The notes under the pieces are model-generated. The model made no database searches, had not been told where the DNA came from, and saw only the letters and a list, made by a program, of their open reading frames with translations. 64,000 bases of DNA from Vicugna vicugna (Eukaryota): the NCBI GenBank assembly GCA_013265495.1, contig MU057744.1, positions 1,564,356 through 1,628,355 on the forward strand. The letters run 5' to 3'. The position numbers and the translations under genes were made by a program. Below are positions 14,291 through 25,990 of the stretch, in pieces (positions within the stretch are counted from its first letter, which is position 1; the number at the start of each line of letters is the position of its first letter).

Positions 14291-15423
14291 ATTCCATCCT
14301 TTCCTGTCTTTTCATCATCCTTCCGTAACATACAATCTTTTCATTCGCCTTCCTTACAATGTTGTGCTAATTCATACACAGTTGCTTTCTCTTCAGGCCT
14401 TGCAGGTGGTCCGTGCCGGCCTGGCGTGGACCCTGGGGAATCTCCGGCTCCCTCCCCGTGGTCTCCGTCGTTGTGCAGAGAGGAGGAGGAGGACTCTGAA
14501 CGTTCTAGAATAGGCATGCAGCCTCAACCAGTAGATTGTGTATCATACATACATATAGTTATGCTCACTGTGGCTCTCGTCTGCTCTGCGCAGCTGCTAA
14601 ATATTTCACAGTTATATGAATAAGTACATCTCACTTTTCATAGAAGCATAGTATCTCAGAACAGTTTGTAGAGTAGGTGACGCTGGTGTAACGGCAGAAC
14701 GACTCCCAGCGGGCCCGCTCATCGCACCCCCGCCTTGGCCCCTCAGTCCTTTGTGCTGGCCTCCGGCCCGGCGGCAACGCTCCCTGGGCTCCTCCTTCAG
14801 CGGCTGTTCCGGTGGCTCTACTGCACGTGTAGGCGTGGGAGAGTCCGAGTAACAGCCTCATGCCCGGCACACGTATTAAGACGAATTTTAACCAACTCGT
14901 CGTTAATGCACGAAGCGACCTTCCGTGCCAGGTAGGAAATTCAGACCGTTTCCGGGCTGGGAGCATAGCCATAGGTGCTACGTGTGTTACTTTCTAAGTG
15001 GAAAAGAGAAAAAGATGCATTTCCGGTGAGGTTATTGTTGGTGACCGTATCTGTCAGCCTTAATCTCCGTCTCACAAGACAGCCTGTCTGAAAGATGTTC
15101 AGTCTTTCTAGGTCGGATTTTGTTCTTGCACGTCAGTTCTCTTATGACCAAGTCCAAACTGAATGCTTGATTTTTGTAAGCTGCTTTCCTTGTTCCGATT
15201 CTACATATGTGACCTCGTATGTTCTCTCCAAGCCATTTTAGGCTGTTCACATTTCTGTATCTTTTTTAAATGTCAATTAAAAAAAGTCACAGCTATTAAA
15301 ATTGTTCAAAAATTTACCTATTTTCAAGGATTTACAACATAAGAGTAAAGAAATTTTCTTCATGTCTTGATTCCTGGGATTGTATGTTTTTTTCTTCTTC
15401 ACTTATTATTAAGAAATACAGAA

Positions 15424-15580
15424 GGGAGGGTGTAGCTCAGAGGTAGAGTATGTGTGCAGCATGCACAAAGTCCTGGGTTCAATCCCCAGTGCTTCCACTA
15501 AAAAAAGAAAAGTTAAGAACAAACAGACAAACAAACCTAATTACCTCCCCCCGAAAAAAAATAAAAAAAAAATAAATACA
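15424..15580 (+). mobile_element. tRNA-derived SINE (Vic-1-like, Camelidae)
   Basis: gggagggtgtagctcag (A box), ggttcaatccc (B box), aaacctaattacctcccc tail, TSD aaatacag. Confidence 0.85.
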
Positions 15581-18500
15581 GCTTTCCGTCATGAAACCTT
15601 AAAGTGCTATTCCTGAGGGCAGCTTCAGTGTGTTTTTCACACATTTTGAAATAAAACTTTGGTAGAGAACAGATGGGCCACATCACCTGTCATGAGCTCC
15701 ATCGTACCGTGTTCTGAAGTGGCTTTTGCATGTACTCGTGTCGGTGCATCAGTCCTGACCTGCCTCAGTCCTTCTGTAGCTGGGATGAGATCCCAGGGTT
15801 GTATCTGCATCCGTAAATTATTTGTGTGATACCTAGTTGTGCTGTTAATACACCAGCCGATGTGTGTGTGTGTGTGTCGCTCTCCCGTGGTGCCCTAGCA
15901 GGAGATGTGTGGCCTGATGTGTGGTCTTCGTGCAGAGGAAGGGGTGTGGTGAAGGGGAGTCGTCCCTCACAGTCTGTAGGATTGCTTGTACAAGGTGATG
16001 ATAAAAAGAAGGCCACCATTTTGTGGGTTTCACTACAGTTTCGAAGCTCCTTGCAGAGTGCCACCTTCCTGCCTGACCCTGGGGCCGTGCCCCTCCCCAT
16101 CTTGGCTCACTGCCACTCCTGTTTCCTGGTTTTAGGGGAACAAGGGAACGTGGGGAAGCAGTCATTGAAGAGGAAGGTGGTCTGCTGAGTTCTAAGCCAA
16201 CAATGTGATTTTATCAAGCTTTTTAATGAGTCCCAAGGGATATGGCGGTTAATACCGTCTTTCTGTCTGTAACAGCCAGAAAAATAGGTTTAAATTAGCA
16301 TGTTTCCATCTCTCAAATGAAAGTTAGAAAGGTCCCTGTTGACTGCATTTTGATTTCCTGCTGGGGACACAGCCAGCCTTCCGGCTCTCATCTCACCATT
16401 GCCTGCTGCTCCTCCATTCAGGGAAACGAGCTTGTTCGTTTATGTCAGTTTGTTTTTCGTGCGATGGGTTTTTCATCTGATTTCCATTTTAACACAGTTC
16501 GATCTGCATACCACACTGTATTGGCTTTACCTGTAGCCACGTCATTAAAACATATTTGGTAAAAGGAGATCAGGGGTTATTCTCGGGGCGGTGGCCTGGG
16601 CAGGGTCCTCAGTTTCCCTAGCCAGACTGTTCATGCAGTGACTCTTCTAACGTTGCAGGAGGCAGGACAGCACAGAGGTTAGGAATCTGGTTGTCGAGTC
16701 AGGTGGACCCAGATCTGAGTCCTGTTCAACCGCTTATCAGCTGGGTAACCAAGAGTAAATGGTTTACTCTCACGATGCCCTTTTCTCCTCTGTAAAGCAG
16801 CCGTCATAACAGCCCTTCCTCATCCTCACAGCACAACGTCCTCATCTGCTCATGCCCTGACTGTCTGCTGTGTGCCGGACGCTGCGCTCTCGTGTTGGAT
16901 AGAAGCTGATAAACAGCTGATGCAGACCTTCCCTTCAGGGCCACTGAGAAAATGCACAGTACATGGGACACAGGTGCCTCGTGGCTGTTAGCTGCTCCGA
17001 GCGAGGAGGTAGTTCTACCGAGAGTAGATGGCCACTCCCTTCCCTTCGAAAGGCAAAGAAAGAATTCACTTACTCTTTTCCCCTTCACATGTCCTTTAGG
17101 GACGCCTCCTCTGCGCGGGGACTAGGGATGCGGTACGAAAAAGGTAGGCACGGTCCCCTTGCTAAGGAACGTGCATCCTTAGCGGGGAAGACAGCGGGTC
17201 AGAAGACAGTTAAATAAGGCAGTTACTGCATGTGATTCGTGTTATAAAGGAGCAAGAGAGAGTGAGAGAGAGAGGCAGAGAGGCGGGGGGGGGGGCGATT
17301 AGCTGAGGAAAGGACTGTAAGGTACAACCTGAGAGGTCCCGGGGAAGAACATTCTGGCCAAGGGGAAAACGAGCAAGGCCTTAAGACAGAAAAGGGCTTT
17401 GTGCATCGGAGGACCTGAGGGGTGACATAGAGCTGGACCGTGACAAGCAAAGTGAGAAATGTGTGAGAGGTCATCGTAGAGGTCGGAGGAAGCAGATGGT
17501 GCAGGGCCTGAAGGACCACGAGGAGGCTGCGTGTCACGCGGCCTGGGTGATGGAGGGGGAAGGAGTTCGGGCAGCTGGTAGGCGACGTTAAAGGTGGAGC
17601 CGAAGTGTCTGGTGTTCGCTGCTTGAACTGGCGGTGCTGCTTACGGAGAGAAGGAACTGCGGGGGGCGGCGGAATCTGGAGGGATTACAGAACGACTGAC
17701 ATTTTGGGCACGTTAAATTCCAAGGAGAAGGCACACCTACTCAAATGTGATCGTCATTTGTGGCTCTCTGTAAGAAAAAGGCTTATTTACGTCTTATTTT
17801 GTTTCTCTTTGTTTCTGTGATAGTTAAGAAAGGCATTTAAGACTTCTGTAGAAGTTTCTAGCCTCTATTCTTGCTAAGTTGTAGTTGGTAGGAAGCTAAA
17901 AACTCAAGTCACTGAAGCCTGAGACCAGCAGAGTCTGACTTTGGACCCGGTGCTGGCGCTGGTGGATCTGTTAGGGAACACGGGACGTTCTCCTGAGAGC
18001 TCACGGGTGCAGGAAATCGCTCCACGCTGATGGACTTCCCGAGTTGGTGTGTTAGAGGTGAAAAGGTCAAGTCCCCTTCTTCTAGAAGGATCATTCCTAC
18101 TAAACGGGAAATAGAAAGGCCCTGATGAAGGGTTTGCACCTCCGCCTTGCCCCTGCTGTTCGGATGGCTGCCTCTTGTGACCGCGGGAAGTGGAGTGAGA
18201 GGGCTGGTGCCTTCCTCACCGCTGCGCTTCGGGCGTGTCTGTCTGGCGCCCCTTCAGCTGGCCCTCCCTGGGCACGCGGCGCATGCTGTCCCCACGTCCG
18301 CTTTGTTATGTGCTTCTGCTTGGCAGTCATCGGCGCAGGGCCACAGATGACTTCTGTAGCTATGTCACTTGATGGCGTAAAAAGGACGTTGCTATGATCT
18401 AGCGCAAAACGACATACACAACACGAAAACTTAAGGATACTAGAGAAATAGCCTCTAGCTCCTTCTACCAAAAAAGGGTGGTGGCCAGAGATAGGCTTAT

Positions 18501-18724
18501 ACAGTAGAAGTGGGAAAGTGCATTTAATTTCTCTTTGAACTTGTACAGGAGAGAGAGTTTCTTCTCGCCTTTCGACTTTTCCCACAGAACCATAAAATGC
18601 GAGTTCTGGGGCCCTGAAGGACGTTTGGTTCACTTGCGGGGGAGGAACTGAGGGCTGGACCGTCACCCTGTAGTCCGCGTGGGATCATGCGACTGCACAT
18701 AAAGATGAAACTGTGACTCCAAGT

Positions 18725-18850
18725 GGGGGAGGGTGTAGCTCAGTGGCGGGGTGCGTGGCTTCAATCCCCAGTACCTCCAATATAAATAAATAAGTAAATA
18801 AACCTAATTACCCCCGCAAAAAAACCCCAAACAAAAACAAACAAATAAAA
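18725..18850 (+). mobile_element. Vic-1-like SINE, internally deleted
   Basis: Same head and tail, missing part of the segment between the A and B boxes. Confidence 0.8.
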
Positions 18851-19329
18851 CTTAGACTCAGAAGAATACATCTTTCCAGAAGCTTCTGTAGCGTCAGTGC
18901 ATGGGCCTCTCCCATGTTCAGCAGGCTCTCACCTTCCTCCTTGTTACTCCTGAGTGAGATTCTGCAAGTCTTTCTTTTTGCCTTCAGTGCCTTTAGTTTT
19001 ATTGCAAAGCTATGTCTTCCGGCCAGGAGTTTCCAGCTAATCACTTGTGGAACCTGGCGTGCTACAGGAGAACTTGATGTCACGGTTCTCGTCTTTTTCC
19101 AAGACTTGTGACCATTTTTACAGATGCCCAGCTCTGTTTGGGTCCTTGAGGTGGGCCATGTCTGCCCCTTGCCTCACACCTAGGCACCACCAATGAGAGC
19201 TCTTCCCGTCGGTGCCCACGGACCACGGCCTCAGCTCTGAAGGGCTCAGCCCAGCCCGGTCCTTGCAGCTGGGATCAGTCTTATTGCTGATTCTCTTCTT
19301 CTTGCCCTTTCTGCTGAATTTGCTGGTTA

Positions 19330-20100
19330 GCACCATTGTCTCATTCGTGGTTTCGGTGCCATAATGCACACCCTTACACGTGCATTTCATACAAGTGTAC
19401 AAGATTTTCTCAGTGAATCTGTCTAGGAATGGAACTGCCAGGTTAAGCGGCAGGAGCATTTTCAACTTCCATGTCAGACTGTTTTCTAAAGTTATTTCTT
19501 TGACAATTTACTCTCCCATCACCAGTGCAGAAGCATTCCCATTTTTCCGCATGCTTGTCCACCCTAGGTACTGCCAGTCTTTTTTTTTTTTGGCCAACCT
19601 AGAGAGTCCAAAATGGATTTTATTTTGACTTTAGTTTTTATTTCTCTAATTATTAATACCTATATTTCTTTAATTACTACTCCTCTAATTCCTAATAACC
19701 TCTTCTCATGTGGTAATTTGCCGTTTATATTTCTCCTACTGTGAAATGCCCTTTATGTGTATTATAAATGCCTTTTGCCTATTATTTTATCTTTCTCAAT
19801 GATTTCTATAATTTTTTAATGCAATCATTTGTCTAGTATATGCATTTCAAATGTCTTCTCACAGTTTTCTGGTTTGTCAGTTTACTTCATGGGGGCTTTT
19901 ATTGAACAGAGGTTCTTAATTTTAATGAAGTTTTATTTATCAGTCTTTTCTTTGTGTTGAGTCTTGGCTGAGAAGTCCTTTTTATTATAAGCTCATACTG
20001 ATGTCCATTCATATTCTAGAAGTCTGAAAGTTTGCCTTTCACATTAAAATCTTTAAACCTTAGGGTTGATTTTTTGTGTATGATATGATAAAAGAATTTC
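19330..20100 (-). mobile_element. Old L1ME-like fragment
   Basis: ctaggaatggaactgc..tttactctcccatcaccagtg..gaacagaggttcttaattttaatg. Confidence 0.65.
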
Positions 20101-20439
20101 ACTGACAAATTTCATTTATTTATCTATTTATTTATCTGTGTTTCCAGTCATTCTTGTTATGTACTTACATATTTTATCACTTACACAATAGTTAAGGTGT
20201 ATTATTTTGTATTCTACATTTTCAGTTGCTTTCAGAGGTCTTTTCTGATTGACCTAAGTATTTGTACTTATGTTTAGGGCTGCGTAAGTGGCAGAAGCCA
20301 TCTGACTGATCAGAACGGGGGGGATTACTGATGGAAAGAAGTGGCCCGTCTTCGTCAGCCTAATTTTCATGGTTCTGTCAAGACAGACAGCAGCATCACA
20401 GAGTTTTCAACAACTTTTCCTGCAGGCATTTTCACAAGA

Positions 20440-21505
20440 ATAAATTTATTGAGGACCGCATGTCTAACTGACTATTACTTGTTACCAAACTTCTCACACA
20501 GCTTTCTCAGAATGCTACATTTTTATCCGACATCTTTTCCATAGCAGGTCATTCAGCAAGAGTCTGAAGTGCTTGCAGAGTTGGGTTCTTCACAGAACGT
20601 CTTCCCTGAATGAGTTTTCTGACGTGAGTTGCCGCTGAAGGCTTTGCACCTTGATGTGAGGATTGGTGTCTCCTTAGGTGACATCTTTGATGTTGACCAA
20701 GGCATGGGTGGTCATTGAAGCTGTCCCTCCATTCAGGACACCAAGGTTGGTCTGTGCAGTGTGAATCCACACTTGTCTTACGAGCGTTGCTCGGTGAGGG
20801 AGGATTTCAGGTGGTTACTTCATGGACGTGCTTTTCTGGCAGGAATTATCTGGCATCCTCCAAGAAGCTTCTGCCGCCTGGTGAAGACTGTCTTGCCTTC
20901 TTTCGTAGCTTAACGACGATCACTGTTTGCAGCTGTCTGGTGCACGCCAATGCTGGGGTTCTCTGGTAGGCCCTCCACGGTGATTTCAGAGTCGGCCCTG
21001 CTCTGCAGTGCAAATCACTCACATTTCTGACTTCTCAGTGAAGGCCTTTCTGCACTGACAACAGGCATAGTTTCTCTACCACGTGAACTCCTTGGTGTGA
21101 GTAACGGCTGGCACTGTGGCTGCAGCCTCTCCCGATGTCGCTCCTGTGCTCGTGCAGCCTCCCCCTCTGTGTGGGCTCCCCGGTGCCCGCACAGGCGTGC
21201 GCTCTGGGTGAGGGCGCGCGCGTGCGCACTGCATTCCTAGGGCTTCTCTCTAGTGTGGAGGGTCTGCTGTTGCCTAAGCACAGAACGTGCATTGAAGGCT
21301 TTTCCACAGAAAGGACATCCTCATGCTGTCTCACCAGCACGAATCTGCTCACGTACCTAAAGGGCTGCATGGTGACCGAAGGCTCTTCCGCAGAGAACAC
21401 AGTCGTAGAGGGTCTCCTGTTGTGCAGCTTCAGGTGGGGGTAAAGGTTAAAGCTGTTCCTACGGGCTCTTCCCCATTCATTCCATTCATAGGGTCTCTCT
21501 CTAGG
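20440..21505 (-). pseudogene. Heavily decayed C2H2 (Kruppel-type) zinc-finger array pseudogene
   Basis: Minus-strand remnants ERPYEWNEWGRA, YDCVLCGRAF, CPFCGKAF (about 21317-21293), HTREKP*EC (about 21257-21232) and CQCRKAF, with stops and frameshifts. AATAAA at 20450-20445. Confidence 0.8.
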
Positions 21506-22069
21506 GTGACAGCTGTCATTTTTTGGTTTACATATATTCCTGTTGAAGTATCATCAGTTTACAGTGTTGTGACAATTGTGGGTTTTTTTCCAGTTGCACA
21601 ACTGCAATTATTAAAGAAAACTCTCTGGTCTTTTTTACTTCCATGTAATTTGTCAGTAAATCCTGCTAACTCCTACCTTGAAGATATATTATGTTCAAAT
21701 CACTGGGTCTTTGGCAGGTTCTCAGTAAACACCAGCAGCCTGTGCTTGGCATGGTTGTGATACACACAACGTCAGTGTGGTTGAGTTAAAGAGCCTAAGT
21801 TCCCCAACACAATGGTTCCAGTTTCACTTACCGTGATTTATTCACTGTAATTACATAAAGTCCACACTTCACTGCTGGCTCTTTAATCTTTGAGTCCTGA
21901 TCAAATACAAGGTGCACCTTGTGATCCGTGACCAAGCACATGGCCTCTTTCAGAATCTGTGCTGATTGGTCACTTCACATCTGTCCTTCATTTTATGCAC
22001 AGACAGCAGGGGTGGCACTGTGTTTCCTCCCCGTTCCCACCCCCCACCCCCATGATCAAGACACGTGAC

Positions 22070-23100
22070 ATTTTACACAAATGGATAAATGGGAGTTGGC
22101 ACTAAGGAAACAAAAAGTGGTGATGCTGGAAATGAAATTTCAACTGAACATACATGGAGTCATAGAAGCAGTTTCTGAGTGTGGGAGCATGGACGCTGTG
22201 GCTGCCTGGGAAAATGTACACATGCACCCAGAGGACGGAGTGAGGTGAGCTTCCAGACGTAAATGAGGAGAGCAGTTGTGACAAAAGGAGGAAGACGTCC
22301 CAGAGGAAGTGACAGTGGCAAAGAACTGACAATAAAGAACTCTTGGAGATACTTCATAACATTGAAAATGCTGGAAAATTATCCAAATGTAAGAGGATCA
22401 CAGTTTGCCAAGGCATTTGAAGAGATTCTCTTTGCTCAGGGAGAGTTATACCGAGAAGCATAAGGCATATGCTGTTCAAACTACTCTTTTTTATTGAGGT
22501 AGAGGTGATTTCCAGTGTTGTGTTAGTTCCTGGTGTGCAGCATAGTGATTCAGTTATATATATATATATATTTCTTTTCATGTTCTTTTTCCTTATAGAC
22601 GGTTACAAGGTATTGAATATAGTTCCCTGTGCTGTGCAGTAGGACCTTGTTGTTTATCTCTTTTATATACAGTACTGTGTATCTGCTGATCCCACACTCC
22701 CAATTTATCCCTCCCCCTCTGTCCCCTTTGGTAAGCATAACAGAGAAAGACAAATATCATGATACTGCTTATATGTGGAATCCAAAAAAATGACATAAAT
22801 GAACTTATTTACAGAACAGAAAGAGACTCACAGACAGAAAACAAACTTAGTTCAAACTACTCTTGATAAGTGTTTTATGAAGAAATAAAGCACTTTAATT
22901 CTCAGTGTTTCTAATGTACTAAATGATAGCATACTAAAGAGATACTAGTTTTACTTAGTTTCATTTCTCTGTCTTATGACTGACAATAAGAAGAGTTTTT
23001 AATGTTTGAACAAGAATTTTTTAAAGTCAAGGAACAATTCATAAACAATTTTCCCAAAGGCTGCTTTGCATGGTCGTTTTTATAGTGCTTTGCTCATGGG
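22070..23100. mobile_element. Old Tigger-type (MER46C-like) DNA transposon fossil interrupted by L1
   Basis: Resembles recalled MER46C/Tigger internal sequence (gaggaagtgac..aaagaactc..cataacattgaaa; ttcaaactactcttgataag). Boundaries approximate. Confidence 0.55.
22474..22864. mobile_element. Twin-primed L1 3' fragment with 15-bp TSD
   Basis: TSD gttcaaactactctt at 22474-22488 and 22850-22864. Minus piece to about 22740, plus piece 22741-22849. Confidence 0.88.
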
Positions 23101-23256
23101 CAAACTGAACACTGCCTGTATTTTTAAATGAATAGATATGGACTCAGTGTGAGGCCACAAATACGGTTGCTTTCCTTTAATTGTCTCAGCTCATTTGCCC
23201 TGATTACTATGTATTTACTGTAAGAAAACATAATGTTGTATAAATGTAGTACAGGT

Positions 23257-24285
23257 AACATTTTATTTGTCTTTGTCTGACTGACTTCACTTCGTATGAT
23301 AACCTCTAGGTCTATCCATGTTGCTGCAAATGGCATTATTTCATTCTTTTTTAGGGCTGAATAATATTGCATTTTTTTTTATGGGCTAGATTCCTTTATT
23401 CAAAGTGAAAAAAGTACAACGTTATAAATGAAGGCCGAGGACCAATAAAAATGTACAAATCCAAGTAGAACTCTCATAGGCTTAATGATGGTAAAAAAAT
23501 TATTTGCAAGGCTAACTCAGGAACCTGAACAGATACTATTTCATGGGGTTTACGTCACTGGAATGACAGACCACATTTACAGGGGTTTCCCTTTGAACTC
23601 CCAAATTGTCATAAGAAACCTACTCTTTCCCCTTGAGCTCAGGCACATCCAGTACCAGTGCTCTTCACTAGTGGCTTCCGTTTCTTCCTCTTCCAGTTGT
23701 TCCTTGGTCTCTGAGTCCAGCCTTCTCCGCATGACCTTCATGTGCAGTGGGTCCTCGGACAACTTAGTTCTGCGCTTGGCGGCCACACTGAGTCCCGCCT
23801 GGCGTTGCCACCAGGCCCATTGCGTGTGCGCCTGCAGTGTATACACACACCGCATCTTCTTTATCCAGTCAACTGTCCATTGACATTTCAGAGAAATGTC
23901 ATAGGATATCACTTACCTGTGGGATCTAAAAACAGATACAAATTTTATTTGCAAACCTGAGATAGACTCACGGACATAGAAAACAAACTTGTGGTTACCA
24001 AAGGGGAAAGGGGGGAAGGGATAAATAAGGAGTTTGGGATTAACAGATACAAAATACTGTATGTGAGATAGATAAACAACAAGGCCCTACTGTATAGCAC
24101 AAGGAACTATATTCTATTCCTTGTAATAACCTATAATGAAAAAGAATCTGAAAATATGTGTGTGTATATATGTGTATATATATGTGTGTATGTGTATAAC
24201 TGAATCGCTTTGCTGTACACCTGGAACTAACCTTATAAATCAACTATGCTTCAATAAAATAAAATAAATTAAAACATTTTATTTG
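23257..24285. mobile_element. 5'-inverted (twin-primed) L1 3' fragment carrying the MPHOSPH6 retrocopy
   Basis: Minus piece about 23265-23890 and plus piece about 23890-24272 meet at adjacent consensus positions (gacaaata / aaatgtcat). TSD aacattttatttg at 23257-23269 and 24273-24285. Confidence 0.85.
23372..23836 (-). pseudogene. MPHOSPH6: Processed pseudogene of MPHOSPH6 (MPP6 exosome cofactor), 5' part of the CDS only
   Basis: Minus strand reads (GTG)AAKRRTKLSEDPLHMKVMRRRLDSETKEQLEEEETEATSEEHWY, then after a frameshift DVPELKGKE, versus MPP6 MAAERKTKLSKNLLRMKFMQRGLDSETKKQLEEEEKKIISEEHWYLDLPELKEKE. ATG is mutated to GTG at 23786. AATAAA at 23400-23395, A-tail at about 23380-23372. Confidence 0.9.
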
Positions 24286-24539
24286 GCCATATGCCCAAAG
24301 AGTTAGACGCAATGGTGGAATCAGTGAGATAAACGTGTGAGCATGTGTCACCGTTTCTGGAACGTAGCAGGTCCTCGATAAATGCAAAGTATATCCAGGA
24401 TTAGATCTGGTCTGAGTCACCATCACGTCCCCTGAATGGTTGCCGTGGCCCCCGTGAGGTCCCCTGCTTCTTCCTTGCCTCCTCACGGCTGCATTTAGTA
24501 CCTGAGTCAATGGCTCCCCACTCGCCCAGGCGGGGCCTT

Positions 24540-25025
24540 CCACTGGGTTCTCTCTGACCTCCTCTCCCACCATTCTCCCCCTGGCTTCTCCCCTCCAGCT
24601 GCCATGGCATCCTCCGTGTTTCTCGAACAGGCAGGAACATTTCTGCCCGAGGGACCTTCTCTGGCCTGCCTTCTGCCTGGAGTGTCCCTTCTGCAGATAC
24701 TCCCGAGGCTGATTCCCTTCCCTGCTTCAGGCCTTTGCTCGGAAGGCATTCCCTCCATGAGGCCTGGCAGTTCCAACCACGATTCCAGCCTCCCCGACCA
24801 CAGCAGTACTGCTGATCTTCCTTGTCCTGTACCTTTTTTAATATGTACAGCTTCTCACCTTTCACATAATTTACACATTTATCAGGTTTTTATTTATTGT
24901 CTCTCTTCCCTGCCAGAGTGTAAGCTTAGTGAGCTCAGGGGTCTGATTTATTCAGCGACACATCTCAAAGGCGTAGAACACTTCCTAGCACGTATGTCCT
25001 CAGGAAATACTTGTGACACGTGACT
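24540..25025 (+). mobile_element. L2 3' fragment
   Basis: ttctgcctggagtg..ccagagtgtaagctt..gtagaacacttcctagcac. Confidence 0.65.
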
Positions 25026-25729
25026 GTGGGGAAGAAGCTGTTGCTGCTGCTGTTAGATAATTCTTTCCCACCTTGTACTATTCCGGCGGACCTGGCAGCG
25101 TTTGTTACAGAAACCAGGTCTTACTGACTCAGCACAAAATTGCCTGGATTGCAGCATTGTGGTGCAGGCTTTCCCCACGTAAATAATGGGTCTCTTTGCC
25201 AAAGAGCTGGAAGGTCACCAGAGAAGTACAGGAGCATTTAAGAAAAGGAATTCAATGCAACATGTACTTATGGGGCGTTTACTACGTGCCGTGGCCTAAA
25301 TTGGACGGGGGCATGATTCCCTCCGGTTTCAACTAAAATGTTTATTTCCATTGAACACCTGGTTTCTAGGGAGTCTAATCTGAGCCGTTTGATGGATAGC
25401 GTCGGATACGGCACAGACGGTGAACTTTTTGAGTTGAAGCTAACTGTGGAAAATTATCAGGATGTCGCTGAGGGACAGGGTCAGTTACAGAAAGTCTCAA
25501 CCTGGAGAAATAGTTTGAAAGACAAGCCTAATGGGAGTTTAAGGGAGGTGCCTTGTGTGATGGGAGGGGCTTTTTAATGACCAGTCATTAAGAGCATTTT
25601 TTGACTTTTCAAGAGTACAGTATGCTTGAATAGCTTAGATTGCATGTGGAAAGGTTGTAATCCAAGTTTTATTATGTTTATGTAAAAACAGGAGAAAAGT
25701 GGACTAGATTGCTTTTTTCTCCAGTGTTC

Positions 25730-25990
25730 CAATTGAGTTTTTTTTAATTGAAGTACAGTCGGTTTACAATGCTGTGTTAATTTCTGGTGTACAGCATAGT
25801 GATTCAGTTATACATACATATATATATATATTTTTTTCATATTCTTTTTCATTATGGGCTATTACAAGATATTGAATATAGTTCCCAGTACTGTACAGTA
25901 GGACCTTGCTCTTTATCTAGTTTATATATAGTGGTTAGCATCTGCAAATCCTGAAAAAATTGGGAATTCGGGATTTCAATTGAATTTTAT
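25730..25990 (-). mobile_element. L1 3' end with short inverted 5' piece
   Basis: TSD-like caattgagtttt / caattgaatttt; inverted aaattgggaattcgggattt at the right end. Confidence 0.8.

Noticed and set aside
15424..15500. Possible tRNA gene
   Set aside because: Has a SINE tail, a TSD and several diverged copies in the window, so it is a tRNA-derived SINE.
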